Shown: positions 35,325-44,734, numbered from the stretch's first letter. The stretch is 56,826 nucleotides of DNA from Solirubrobacteraceae bacterium (GCA_035508995.1 DATJMB010000173.1:1-56826), one strand, 5' to 3'. Notes: generated by a model not told the origin, from the letters alone. Program-made: numbers and translations.

Positions 35325-36434
35325 ATGGACAGCGACGCCCCCACCCCCCTGCAGCGCGCCTCGGAGCTCGGCCAGAGCGTCTGGATCGACTCCCTCTCCC
35401 GCGAGTGGACTCGCGGCGGCTACCTGCGGAAGCTGATCGACGAGGACGCCGTCGTCGGCGCCACCTCCAACCCCACCATCCTGCAGAAGGCCATGTCCCA
35501 CGGCGACGCCTATGACGAGCAGCTGCGCTCGCTCAGTCACCTCGACTCCGACGCCGCCTTCTGGGAGCTCGCCGTCACCGACATCGCCGAGGCCTGCGAC
35601 GTCTTCGCCCCCGTCTTTCAGGCCACCGGCGGCCGCGACGGCTACGTCTCGCTGGAGGTGGACCCCACCCTCGCCTACGAGACCCTGCGCACCTACGAAG
35701 AGGCCATCGGCCTGCACGAGCGCGTCGATCGTCCCAACCTGCTGGTGAAGATCCCCGCCACCAAGCCCGGCCTCGCCGCCATCGAGGACGTGATCGCCAA
35801 GGGCCGCTCCGTCAACGTCACCCTGATCTTCTCCCTGCGCCGCTACGCCGAGGTCGCCGAGTCCTACATCCGCGGCCTGGAGCGCCTCGTCGCCGCCGGC
35901 GGCGACCCCGACAAGGTGGCCTCCGTCGCGAGCTTCTTCGTCTCCCGCATCGACACCGAGGCCGACAACCGCCTCGACGCCCTCGGCGGCCACGACGAGC
36001 TCAGGGGCAAGCTCGCCGTCGCCAACGCCCGCCTCGCCTACGAGCACTACAAGGGCGCCTTCTCGGGCCCCCGCTGGGAGTTTCTGGCGGGGAAGGGCGC
36101 CCGGCCCCAGCGCGTGCTGTGGGCCTCCACCTCCACCAAGAACCCCGCCTACCCCGACACCCTCTACGTCGACGAGCTGATCGGCCCCGACACCGTCAAC
36201 ACGATGCCCCTGGAGACCCTCGAGGCCTACCAGGACCACGGCCAGCCCGAGGCCCGCCTGGAGCGCGACCTGCAGGGTGCCCACGAGCTCCTCGCGAGCC
36301 TCGCCGCCGCCGGCGTGGACTACGAGGACATCACCGAGACCCTCGAGCGCGAGGGCGTGGAGAAATTCTCCGCCTCCTTCGCCGAGCTCCTCGACGGCCT
36401 GCGCGCCAAGCACGCCTCACTCGCTCCCGCCTGA
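35325..36434 (+). CDS. tal: Transaldolase (actinobacterial type)
   Basis: GQSVWID, GATSNPTI, VSLEVDP, VKIPAT, NVTLIFS, SFFVSRID, LWASTSTK. Confidence 0.96.
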   Translation: MDSDAPTPLQRASELGQSVWIDSLSREWTRGGYLRKLIDEDAVVGATSNPTILQKAMSHGDAYDEQLRSLSHLDSDAAFWELAVTDIAEACDVFAPVFQATGGRDGYVSLEVDPTLAYETLRTYEEAIGLHERVDRPNLLVKIPATKPGLAAIEDVIAKGRSVNVTLIFSLRRYAEVAESYIRGLERLVAAGGDPDKVASVASFFVSRIDTEADNRLDALGGHDELRGKLAVANARLAYEHYKGAFSGPRWEFLAGKGARPQRVLWASTSTKNPAYPDTLYVDELIGPDTVNTMPLETLEAYQDHGQPEARLERDLQGAHELLASLAAAGVDYEDITETLEREGVEKFSASFAELLDGLRAKHASLAPA

Positions 36435-36500
36435 GCTCGTCGGAGTCGGCGCGCACGCTCTCTTCTTTGGGGCCCCCCCGCGCGCGCCTACGCGCGGGAC
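36435..36500. repeat. Dispersed CG-alternating repeat, copy D
   Basis: gctcgtcgg...gctctc-N3-tttggggcccc...cgcgcgcgcctacgcgcggg; shares flank with copy B. Confidence 0.65.
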
Positions 36501-37853
36501 CTACGCGTACGGGAGCGGGATCAAGACCGCGATCCGCAGCGCCCCCGCGGGGAACGCCTGGGCGTGCACCGTGTACACGCCGTAGCTGCGGCCGTCCCAG
36601 GCGAAAGATCCGCTCGCAGGCACCCTTTCGGGCGCCGGGCGCAGGCTGCTCATCACGAGCCGCCCTTCGCGGTACATCGCCACCTTCAGCCCCGCCAGCC
36701 GATCGGCGAGCTTGAGGTAGCCGATGTCGTCCTGGATCGAGAGCACGAAGCTGCCGATCCGCCGGCCCTGCCAGCGCAGCGGCGCTCGCACGGGGCCCAG
36801 CACGAACGGTCCGCCCACGTCTGAGAGCAGCTGTCCGCCGGCGCTCGCCCGCAGCCGCACGATGTGCTCGTTCAAGAGCTTGTCGATCGCCAGCCGCGTG
36901 GCTTCCGGTTCCCGCGCCGCCACCGCCCGCAGCAGCGCTTCGTTGTGCTGCACCCGCCGCACCTGCACCTGCGCACGGTTGCCCACCTCCCCCGCGTAGA
37001 TCAGGCTCGCCACCCGCCCGAGGGTGTTCACGAGCGTGCCCCGCTGGCTGCTGCCGCACAGGCTCGCCATCGACGCCAGCGCCTTGAGCACGTACACCCG
37101 CACCCCTTCACCGCCCGGATAGGCGCTCGCCGGGAAGGACGTGAAGCGGTACCTCACGCCGCTCGCCGTGAGCTGACCCTGGGCCGGCAGCGCCCGCCCC
37201 GGCAGCCGCAGCGAGCCCGCCACGTCGCGTCCGTCCTGCCGCAGCTCCGTCATGCCCTGGGCGATGCCGTTCGTCTCGTCCACCAGCCCGTCGTCCGTCC
37301 ACACGCTGGCCACGTAGCTCGCGATCGGCGCCCCCGCCGCGTCGAGGATGCTCCCGCGCAGAGGCGCCAGCGCCCGCGCCGGCCCCACGCTCGCCAGCAC
37401 CCGCCCGTTCCTGGTCACCTCCAGGTTCGTCAGGTGTCCCGTCGCCAGCAGCGCTCGCGCGGCGATCCGCGCCGCCGGCCCTTCTTCCCGTTCCACCGCT
37501 TCCCGCAGTGGGATCGAGCGCGCGATGAAGCTAGCCGCCGTGCCCGTCCGTTCGCTCGCCACCCCCTCGTGGTAGACCCGCTCGGCGACCTGTCCCAGCG
37601 TGTCCGTCACCGTCGCCGCGCACTCGCTGCTGACGCTCTTGGCGCGTCGCGGCGTCCCGCCGTGGCTCGGGGGCTGCCCGTCTCGCTGCGCCGCCGGCGC
37701 CGCCGCGCTGCCCCGCGGCGGGTTGGAGCTCGCGCTCGCCGAGCCGCTGAGCCCGCTCCTCGCGCTGGCGATGCCTCCAGCCAGCGCCGCCAGCACGGCG
37801 CACACGATCGCCAGCCGCACTCTGTTCGACGCCTTGCCCACTCGCGGAACCAT
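36501..37853 (-). CDS. Exported protein with internal duplication (tandem Cache-like modules)
   Basis: N-terminal hydrophobic segment; two similar halves (LREAVERE..AARIAARALL..HLTNLEVTRNGRVLASVG vs LLRAVAARE..ATRLAIDKLL..HIVRLRASAGGQLLSDVG). Confidence 0.7.
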   Translation of the reverse strand: MVPRVGKASNRVRLAIVCAVLAALAGGIASARSGLSGSASASSNPPRGSAAAPAAQRDGQPPSHGGTPRRAKSVSSECAATVTDTLGQVAERVYHEGVASERTGTAASFIARSIPLREAVEREEGPAARIAARALLATGHLTNLEVTRNGRVLASVGPARALAPLRGSILDAAGAPIASYVASVWTDDGLVDETNGIAQGMTELRQDGRDVAGSLRLPGRALPAQGQLTASGVRYRFTSFPASAYPGGEGVRVYVLKALASMASLCGSSQRGTLVNTLGRVASLIYAGEVGNRAQVQVRRVQHNEALLRAVAAREPEATRLAIDKLLNEHIVRLRASAGGQLLSDVGGPFVLGPVRAPLRWQGRRIGSFVLSIQDDIGYLKLADRLAGLKVAMYREGRLVMSSLRPAPERVPASGSFAWDGRSYGVYTVHAQAFPAGALRIAVLIPLPYA

Positions 37854-37928
37854 CCCCCTCGATCCTAAGCCCTCGCTAACCGCCTCGTGACAGTCCTCTC
37901 ACGTCCGCTCGTTCGCCCTCCTCCGTTC

Positions 37929-38004
37929 GCTCGTCGGTGCTCTCGATTTTGGGGCCCCGCGCGCGCGTGCGCGCGCACGCGCGGGCAGCCGTTTTTTGCT
38001 CTCC
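37929..38004. repeat. Dispersed CG-alternating palindromic repeat, copy B (most complete)
   Basis: gctcgtcggtgctctcgattttggggccccgcgcgcgcgtgcgcgcgcacgcgcgggcagccgttttttgctctcc. Confidence 0.75.
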
Positions 38005-38055
38005 GTGACCGCCCGCCGCTCGCAGGCGGGAACGGGTCCGCTAGGGTCGCCCGCA

Positions 38056-38919
38056 GTGCCCACCGTGCTGATCACCGGCGCCTCCACCGGCATCGGACGC
38101 GCCAGCGCCCTGCGCCTCGCCGCCGGCGGCTGGCGGGTCTTCGCGGGAGTTCGCAGCGAGGACGCCGGCCGGGATCTGCTGGCGGCCGCGAGCTGGGGTG
38201 GCGCCGGGGGCGAGAACGGCGCCGGGGGCGAGGGCGCCGGGATCGCGCCGCTGCTGCTGGACGTCACCGACGCCGACCAGATCGCGGCTGCCGCGGGAGC
38301 GGTGGGAGACAGGCTGGACGGCCTCGTGAACAACGCCGGCATCGGCGTGGGCGGCCCGCTGGAGCTCGTCTCCGACGAGGAGCTGCGCCAGCAGTTCGAG
38401 GTCAACGTCTTCGGCCAGCTGGCGGTGACGCGGGCGCTGCTGGGAGCGCTGCGGACGGCCAAGGGGCGGATCGTGCTGATCTCCTCCGTGGGGGGTCGCG
38501 TGTCGGTGCCCTTCAACGGCCCCTACGCGGCTTCCAAGCACGCCATCGAGGCGATCGGCGATGCGCTGCGGGGGGAGCTCCACAGCTCCGGCATCGCGGT
38601 CTCGCTGGTGGAGCCGGGCTCGGTGAAGACTCCCATCTGGGACAAGGCCCGCGCCACCGCCCAGGCGGTGCGGGTGCCACCGGAGCTCGAGCGGGAGTAC
38701 GGCCACGTGCAGGGTGCGTTCACGAAGGTCATCGAAGACAGCGCCCGCCGGGGAGTGGCGCCGGAGAAGGTGGCGGCCACGATCGAACGGGCTCTCACCG
38801 CCCGGCGGCCGCGGGCTCGCTACCTCGTGGGGGTGGACGCACGCGGGATGGTGGCGGCCCGGGCGATCCTGCCGAGCGGCATCTTCGACCGCATCCTGCG
38901 GCGGGCGCTCGGCGTGTGA
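38056..38919 (+). CDS. Short-chain dehydrogenase/reductase
   Basis: VLITGASTGIG, LDVTD, VNNAGI, YAASK, VEPG; -10 TAGGGT just upstream. Confidence 0.92.
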   Translation: MPTVLITGASTGIGRASALRLAAGGWRVFAGVRSEDAGRDLLAAASWGGAGGENGAGGEGAGIAPLLLDVTDADQIAAAAGAVGDRLDGLVNNAGIGVGGPLELVSDEELRQQFEVNVFGQLAVTRALLGALRTAKGRIVLISSVGGRVSVPFNGPYAASKHAIEAIGDALRGELHSSGIAVSLVEPGSVKTPIWDKARATAQAVRVPPELEREYGHVQGAFTKVIEDSARRGVAPEKVAATIERALTARRPRARYLVGVDARGMVAARAILPSGIFDRILRRALGV

Positions 38920-38949
38920 GCCCCGCACCGGCCGCTACGGTTTGTGGGG

Positions 38950-39990
38950 ATGGCCGTCTCGGAGAGCACCGTGGGACGGGAGCCCACCGCCGCCGGCGCC
39001 CTCGCGTCCGCGGGGGAGGTCCCACACCACGCCCACATTCCCACGCCGCCCTCTGAGCGCGGCGCGTGGGTGATCGCGGGCGCGATCGCGGCGCTCGGCG
39101 TGGCGGTGCTCGTGGCGGTGCTCACGGGCCTGATCGGCGGCTCGATCGCGGCGGTGGCGCCGCCGCCGGTGCTCGTGCGGGCGGCCACCCCGGCGCCGGC
39201 CTCGCCGGCCGCCTACGCCTCGGCGGCGAGTGCGCTGACGGCGGCCCCGAAGGCGGGCGCCAACGGGCACGCGGCGATCGTGGCCAGTCCCGCGCAAGCG
39301 CAGGCCAAGAGCCTCTCGGGCTACTACGGGCCGCCCCAGGTGCACATCGCCAAGCGCTGGATGGAAGGCTTCTACCCGATCTACGCCACCGCCCAGCGCA
39401 CCTTCGGCGTGAGCTGGCTGCTGATCGCCTCGATCCACGACCAGGAGTCGGCCTTCTCGACGGCGCCGGGCACCTACCACGGGCTGAACTTCGCCGGCTG
39501 CTGCGGCGGGCCGATGCAGTTCAACGTGCGCAACGGGGGCGCGGGCGCTCCCTCCACCTGGAACCTCGTCAGCGACTCCTACCGCTACGGCGTGCGGCCC
39601 GCGGCGTACGACCACCCAACGGCCACGCATCCCTCGATCTACGACGACTTCGACGCGGTGATGGCGGCCGCCCACCTGCTCTCGGCGGACGGCGCCGGCA
39701 TGGCGCTGGACGGGAGCGCGTGGGACGCGGCGTATGACTACTACGGCCACGACGCCGCCGGGGTGACCTACGCCGATCAGGTGCTCGCGCGGGCGATCGG
39801 CTGGTCCCAGCACGGCTTCTGCATCAACTGCGGCCTGGAAGAGGGGATGGTGGCGGCCGTTCACGCCGCCTACGGCGCCCCGGTGCTGGCGGCGCTGGAA
39901 GCCTCCGAACGGGGGACGGCCGAGCGGGCGCCGGCGAAGAAGAAGGCTAAGCGGCCTGTGCGATCAGCTCGCCGGCCACCCGGTCGGTAG
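38950..39990 (+). CDS. Membrane-anchored lytic transglycosylase (lysozyme-like)
   Basis: WLLIASIHDQES (catalytic E), GPMQF, DAVMAAAHLL, YADQVL; N-terminal TM helix; start 38944 or 38950. Confidence 0.8.
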   Translation: MAVSESTVGREPTAAGALASAGEVPHHAHIPTPPSERGAWVIAGAIAALGVAVLVAVLTGLIGGSIAAVAPPPVLVRAATPAPASPAAYASAASALTAAPKAGANGHAAIVASPAQAQAKSLSGYYGPPQVHIAKRWMEGFYPIYATAQRTFGVSWLLIASIHDQESAFSTAPGTYHGLNFAGCCGGPMQFNVRNGGAGAPSTWNLVSDSYRYGVRPAAYDHPTATHPSIYDDFDAVMAAAHLLSADGAGMALDGSAWDAAYDYYGHDAAGVTYADQVLARAIGWSQHGFCINCGLEEGMVAAVHAAYGAPVLAALEASERGTAERAPAKKKAKRPVRSARRPPGR

Positions 39991-41083
39991 CGGCGGCGGT
40001 GCCGCCGAGCAGCCGCCGGGAGAGCTGGGCGCGGCGGAAGTACAGGGGCGCGTCGTGCTCCCAGGTGGCGCCGATGCCGCCGTGCACGGAGATCATCGTG
40101 CGGGCGGCGTGGTCGAGCGCCCGGCCCGCCACGGAGCGGGCGGCGGAGGCGGCGAGCGGGAACTCCTGGGGCGCGCCGCCGCGGGACCAACCGGCGTAGT
40201 AGAGCAGCGAGCGGCCGTTCTCGAGCTGGCGCAGAACCTCGGTGAGGGAGTGCTTGACGGCCTGGTAGGAGCCGATCGCGCGGCCGAAGGTGTGGCGCTC
40301 CTTGGCGTAGGCCACGGACACGTCCAGGGCGGTTTCCACGCTGCCCAGGGACTCGGCTGCGATCAGCGCCTGGGCGAGATACCAGGCGCCCGCGAGGGAC
40401 TCCGGCGGCGCGTCGAGCACGCGGGCGGGGGCGTCCTTCAGCGTGACGTGGCCCAGGGAGCGGGTGACGTCATAGCGGGTGGTGGCCTCCACGCTCACGC
40501 CGGCGGCGCTCGCCTCGATCGCCACGCCCACGGGCTTGCCCTCGAGCAAGGCCACCCCCACGAGCAGGTCGGCGCCGGGGGCGTCGGGCACGAAGGCGAG
40601 CTCGCCGGAGACGCTCGCCTGGCCCTCGCCGGCGCTCTTGGCGACCGGGGCATCGCCGCGGGTGGAGCCGGCGCGGGGATCCACGCTCCAGCGCTGCTCC
40701 AGGTCGCCGGGGGGGCTCACGGGCAGGTAGGCGGCGCGGCGCTCGCCGCTGGCGAGGGCATCCAGCAGGTCGGCGCCGGCGGGGGAGTCGCCGAGGATGG
40801 CACTCGCGGGCAGGTGGCCGACCAGGGCGAGCTTGGCGAGCACGCGGCCGCACTCGCCGAGCACGAGCATGGCGTCGAAGGCGTCGAGGCCGGCGCCGCC
40901 GTGCTGCTCGTCGATCAGGAGGCCAGGCCAGCCGGCCTCGCAGGCGGTGGGCCACATGTCGGGCAGGGCCGCGTCGTCGCCGTCGAGGGCGGTGCGGGCG
41001 GCCTCGAGGGTGGCAAAGCGGGAGAGGGCGCCGCGGGCGGCCTCGCGCAGGAAGACCTGCTCGTCTGAGAGTGCCAGGTTCAT
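39947..41083 (-). CDS. Acyl-CoA dehydrogenase, short (beta-type) subunit
   Basis: MNLALSDEQ, GWPGLLI, YAKERHTFGRAIGSYQAVKH, HGGIGATWEH. Confidence 0.92.
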   Translation of the reverse strand: MNLALSDEQVFLREAARGALSRFATLEAARTALDGDDAALPDMWPTACEAGWPGLLIDEQHGGAGLDAFDAMLVLGECGRVLAKLALVGHLPASAILGDSPAGADLLDALASGERRAAYLPVSPPGDLEQRWSVDPRAGSTRGDAPVAKSAGEGQASVSGELAFVPDAPGADLLVGVALLEGKPVGVAIEASAAGVSVEATTRYDVTRSLGHVTLKDAPARVLDAPPESLAGAWYLAQALIAAESLGSVETALDVSVAYAKERHTFGRAIGSYQAVKHSLTEVLRQLENGRSLLYYAGWSRGGAPQEFPLAASAARSVAGRALDHAARTMISVHGGIGATWEHDAPLYFRRAQLSRRLLGGTAAATDRVAGELIAQAA

Positions 41084-42297
41084 GCCGGTGCTCCTTCCTT
41101 GGAGCGCAGCTCCGAGAACGGGATGCCCTTGTCCAGGCGCGGCTCGGGGGGCAGGCCGAGGACGCGCTCACCGATCGTGTTGCGCAGGATCTCTTCGGTG
41201 CCGCCGGCGGACTTCAGGCCGGGCAGGAAGGAGATCATGTAGGCCCACTCGCTGTTCTTGTCGAGCGCGTCGGGGCCCTCCACGTCAACGATCAGGTCCC
41301 CCGCCTTGATGGCGCCGTTGACGATCGTGACCTTCGCGAGGCCCGCCTCGGGGCCGGGGATCTGGCCGCGCTGCAGAGCGCTGAGGGTGCGGTAGCCGGT
41401 GAAGCGGACGGCGAGCAGCTCGCTGGCGATCTCCCCCAGCTGGTGGCGCACCTCGGGGTCGCGGCGGGCGTGCTCGTCGGCGGCGATGGCGGCGGCGAAG
41501 CGGGTGGAGTTGTAGCCGAGGCCCTCGCCGCCGAGGCCGATGGTGACGCGCTCGAACATCAGGGTGGTGAGGGCGGTGCCCCAGCCGTTGCCGACGCCGC
41601 CGACGACGGCGCCGGCGTCGAGGGCGACGTCGTCGAAGAAGACCTCGTTGAACTCCGCCTCGCCGGAGATCTGGCGCAGGCCGCGGATGGTCACGCCGGG
41701 GGCGTCCATCGGCACGATGAACATCGTGAGGCCCTTGTGCTTGGGCACGTCGGCGTCGGTGCGGGCGAGCAGCAGGCCGTAGGAGGCGAACTGGGCGTTG
41801 GTGGTCCACACCTTCTGGCCGTTGAGCGTCCAGCCGCCATCCTGCGTCTGGCGGGCGCGGGTCTGTACGGCGGCGAGATCGGAGCCGGCGGCGGGCTCGG
41901 AGAAGAGCTGGCACCAGACCTCGTCGCCGTGGAGCATGGGCCCGAGGTAGCGGGTCTTCTGGTGGTCGTCGCCGTGGGCGATGATGGTGGGGCCGAGCAT
42001 GCCCACGCCGATGGCGTCGAGTATGCCGGGCACTTTGGCGCGGGCGATCTCCTGGTTGCAGACGACCTGCTCGATGGGGCCCATTCCCTGGCCGCCGAAC
42101 TCCTTGGGCCAGGTGACGCCGGCGAGGCCGCCCTCGGCGAGCTTGCCCTGCCAGACGCGGCGGGCGGCGATCACCTCGTCCTCGTCCTCGATCGCGCCGG
42201 GTCCTTGCAAGATCGGCGCTTCCGCGGCGTGCCGCTCGAGCCACGAGCGCACCTGGACGCGGTACTCGGCCTGCTCGGGGGTGTCGTCGAGATCCAC
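41080..42297 (-). CDS. Acyl-CoA dehydrogenase (alpha-type subunit)
   Basis: GTG 42297 with AAAGGAGG; WCQLFSEPAAGSDLA, NGQKVWTT, FNEVFFDDV, GGTEEILRN. Confidence 0.93.
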   Translation of the reverse strand: MDLDDTPEQAEYRVQVRSWLERHAAEAPILQGPGAIEDEDEVIAARRVWQGKLAEGGLAGVTWPKEFGGQGMGPIEQVVCNQEIARAKVPGILDAIGVGMLGPTIIAHGDDHQKTRYLGPMLHGDEVWCQLFSEPAAGSDLAAVQTRARQTQDGGWTLNGQKVWTTNAQFASYGLLLARTDADVPKHKGLTMFIVPMDAPGVTIRGLRQISGEAEFNEVFFDDVALDAGAVVGGVGNGWGTALTTLMFERVTIGLGGEGLGYNSTRFAAAIAADEHARRDPEVRHQLGEIASELLAVRFTGYRTLSALQRGQIPGPEAGLAKVTIVNGAIKAGDLIVDVEGPDALDKNSEWAYMISFLPGLKSAGGTEEILRNTIGERVLGLPPEPRLDKGIPFSELRSKEGAPA

Positions 42298-42332
42298 TGC
42301 TCCTCCTTTACGTCGCCTCGTTGGAGCCCTGG

Positions 42333-42348
42333 TTGACTGACCAGTCAA
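42333..42348. promoter_or_regulatory. Perfect palindrome TTGACTG-AC-CAGTCAA, candidate TetR-type operator
   Basis: 7-2-7 inverted repeat 36 nt upstream of the acyl-CoA dehydrogenase operon. Confidence 0.65.
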
Positions 42349-42364
42349 TCGAGCCCGACGGAGT

Positions 42365-43474
42365 CTACTCCCCAGCGGGAATCGGCGGAGCGGGCACGGG
42401 AGGCTGGCCGTAGACGTCCTCGAAGCCACGGTCGAGCAGGTAGGCGGCCTGGGTGCCGGGATCGGTGGAGTGCAGGAGCACGACGCCGAGGCGGACGCCG
42501 TGGCGCTCGGCGGTGGCCACGAGGCACTTGCCGGCGGCGAGGGTGTAGCCGGTCTTCAGGCCGGTGAGGCCGGGGTAGTGATAGATGAGGAGGGGGTTGT
42601 TGTTGTAGAGGTAGAGCTTGCCGCCCTTGATGGGGAAGGGGAGCGCCGCCGTGTAGGTGCGGGTGACGCGGGCGATGCGTGGCTGTTGCAGGTCCACGTG
42701 GGCGAGGATGGCGAGGTCGGCGGCGCATGAGTAGTTGCCGGCGTCGTAGTAGCCGGAGGGGGAGGAGTAGCGGGTGCAGCCCATGCCGAGGCTGGCGGCC
42801 TTGGCGTTCATGGCGTCCACGAAGCGGTTGACGGTGCCGGCGACGCGTTCGGCGAGGGCCACGGCGGCGTCGTTGCCGGAGGGCAGGAGCAGGCCGTAGA
42901 GGAGGCTCTCCAGGCGCACGTGGTGTCCGAGGGGCAGGACGCCGACCTTGGAGCCGGGCATGTCGTAGGCGCGGCGGGTGATCAGGACGGGCGTCAGGGG
43001 CGGCTCGGACTCGACGGTGAGCAGGGCGGTCATCATCTTGGTGAGGCTGGCGATGCGCAGGCGGGTGTAGGGGTTTCGCTGCCACAGGACCTGGCCGGTG
43101 TCGAGGTTGAACAGCAGGCCGGCGCGGGGCGGTTCGGCGAACTGGGTCTGGATGGGGTCGCCGGCGGGGTCGCCCACGCCGGCGAGGGTGAGGGCGGATT
43201 TGGCCAGCGGCAGGCCGGTCTGGGAGACGCGGGCGTGGGGGGCTTGAGTCGAGTGGCCCACCCAGGCGTGGCCGTGGCGGACGGCGGCGGCGGAGCCGCG
43301 AGCGGGGTGGGAGCGGGCGAGCGCCATCACCACGAAGGCGGCGGCAAGGAGGAGGTCGAGGACGGCGACGGTGCCGGCGCGCCTGCGGGCGCGACGTCGG
43401 CGGCGAGCGTGCTCGCGGCGGCGACGGCTCTCCTCGAAGGTCATGAAGGGGGGTGGAGTCGGGGTGTGGCTCAT
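42365..43474 (-). CDS. D-alanyl-D-alanine carboxypeptidase (peptidase S11)
   Basis: IASLTKMMT, SGNDAA, GLKTGYT; N-terminal TM helix. Confidence 0.92.
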   Translation of the reverse strand: MSHTPTPPPFMTFEESRRRREHARRRRRARRRAGTVAVLDLLLAAAFVVMALARSHPARGSAAAVRHGHAWVGHSTQAPHARVSQTGLPLAKSALTLAGVGDPAGDPIQTQFAEPPRAGLLFNLDTGQVLWQRNPYTRLRIASLTKMMTALLTVESEPPLTPVLITRRAYDMPGSKVGVLPLGHHVRLESLLYGLLLPSGNDAAVALAERVAGTVNRFVDAMNAKAASLGMGCTRYSSPSGYYDAGNYSCAADLAILAHVDLQQPRIARVTRTYTAALPFPIKGGKLYLYNNNPLLIYHYPGLTGLKTGYTLAAGKCLVATAERHGVRLGVVLLHSTDPGTQAAYLLDRGFEDVYGQPPVPAPPIPAGE

Positions 43475-43647
43475 CTCCGGGGCGGGTTCAGGAGGGCGCC
43501 GAGGATGCCGACGCCGAGGAGTACGAGGATGAACACCGAGATTGCGCTTGCCAGGGTAAACCCTTGCTGGGACACGGCGCTGAGGGTGAGGTAGGCGAAG
43601 CCGACGAGGAAGACGGCGGCGGCGAGCAGCACGGCGAGGCGGGCCAT
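43471..43647 (-). CDS. Small 2-TM membrane protein (58 aa)
   Basis: MARLAVLLAAAVFLVGFAYLTL...LLGVGILGALLNPPRR; ATGA overlap with the carboxypeptidase. Confidence 0.65.
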   Translation of the reverse strand: MARLAVLLAAAVFLVGFAYLTLSAVSQQGFTLASAISVFILVLLGVGILGALLNPPRR

Positions 43648-43690
43648 GGGCTCAGTACAGCGACTGGCGCGGCGGCAGGCGCCGGCGGCG

Positions 43691-43729
43691 CCCTCGCGCG
43701 CGCCCACACGCGCGGGGCGTCGATTTTTT
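43691..43729. repeat. Dispersed CG-alternating repeat, copy C
   Basis: Reverse strand AAAAAATCGACGCCCCGCGCGTGTGGGCGCGCGCGAGGG. Confidence 0.65.
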
Positions 43730-43756
43730 GTAGTGATGTCTGCCGCTGGGCTTCGG

Positions 43757-44734
43757 CTACCCGCGGGCGGCGAGGGGGCCGGCGCCGGCCAAGGATGGTT
43801 TGCCCGCCCACCCAACGTGCTGGTCGGCGTGGTAGGAGGAGCGCACGAGGGGGCCGGCGGCGACGTGGAGGAAGCCGAGCTCGTAGGCGGCGGCCTGCAG
43901 GGCGGCGAACTCGTCGGGATGCCAGTAGCGGACGACGGGGAGGTGGCGCGCGGAGGGGCGCAGGTACTGGCCGACGGTGAGCACCTGGACGCCGCTCTGG
44001 CGCAGCAGGGCGAAGGTGTCCACCATCTCCTGGTGGGTCTCGCCGAGGCCGACCATGAGGCCGGACTTGGTCACCACCTCACCCTCGCCGAGCTCGGCGG
44101 CGAGGCGCAGGACGCGGCAGGAGCGCTCGAAGCGGGAGCCGCGGCGGGCGAGTGGGTAGAGGCGGGGGACGACCTCGACGTTGTGGTTGAAGACGTCGGG
44201 GCGCTCGGCGATGACCTTCGCGAGGGGCATCTCCTGGCCCTGGAAGTCGGGGGTGAGGACCTCCACCTGGCAGCCGGGGGCCTGGCGGCGGACCTGGCGA
44301 ATGACGCCGACGAAGGCGGATGCGCCCTTGTCGGGGAGGTCGTCGCGGTCGACGGAGGTGATGACGGCGTGACGGAGGCCCATGCGGGCGATGGAGCGGG
44401 CCACACGGGCGGGCTCGAGGGGGTCGTTCCAGGTGGGGGTGCCGGTCTTGACGTTGCAGAAGCCGCAGCGGCGGGTGCAGGTATCGCCGAGGATCATGAA
44501 GGTGGCGGTGCCGCGCTCCCAGCACTCGCCCACGTTCGGGCAGGCGGCCTCCTGGCAGACGGTGTGGAGGTTCTCCGAGCGGATCAGCTCGGTGAGCTCG
44601 CGGTAGCGCCGGCCGCCGGGGAGGGGGACCTTGAACCAGGGGGGCTTGCGCTCCCGCAGGGGCCGCACGTCGGGGCCGAGCACACGCAGCACGTCTGCGC
44701 CGCCGGGGTTGGCGCGAGATCTGGTGGCGCTCAT
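43757..44734 (-). CDS. lipA: Lipoyl synthase
   Basis: CQEAACPNVGEC, CTRRCGFC, KSGLMVGLGE, GQYLRP, VRSSY. Confidence 0.97.
   Translation of the reverse strand: MSATRSRANPGGADVLRVLGPDVRPLRERKPPWFKVPLPGGRRYRELTELIRSENLHTVCQEAACPNVGECWERGTATFMILGDTCTRRCGFCNVKTGTPTWNDPLEPARVARSIARMGLRHAVITSVDRDDLPDKGASAFVGVIRQVRRQAPGCQVEVLTPDFQGQEMPLAKVIAERPDVFNHNVEVVPRLYPLARRGSRFERSCRVLRLAAELGEGEVVTKSGLMVGLGETHQEMVDTFALLRQSGVQVLTVGQYLRPSARHLPVVRYWHPDEFAALQAAAYELGFLHVAAGPLVRSSYHADQHVGWAGKPSLAGAGPLAARG

Noticed and set aside
39947-39990. 44-nt convergent overlap between transglycosylase and acyl-CoA dehydrogenase
   Set aside because: Short 3' overlaps are common in high-GC genomes and the overlapping tail is low complexity.
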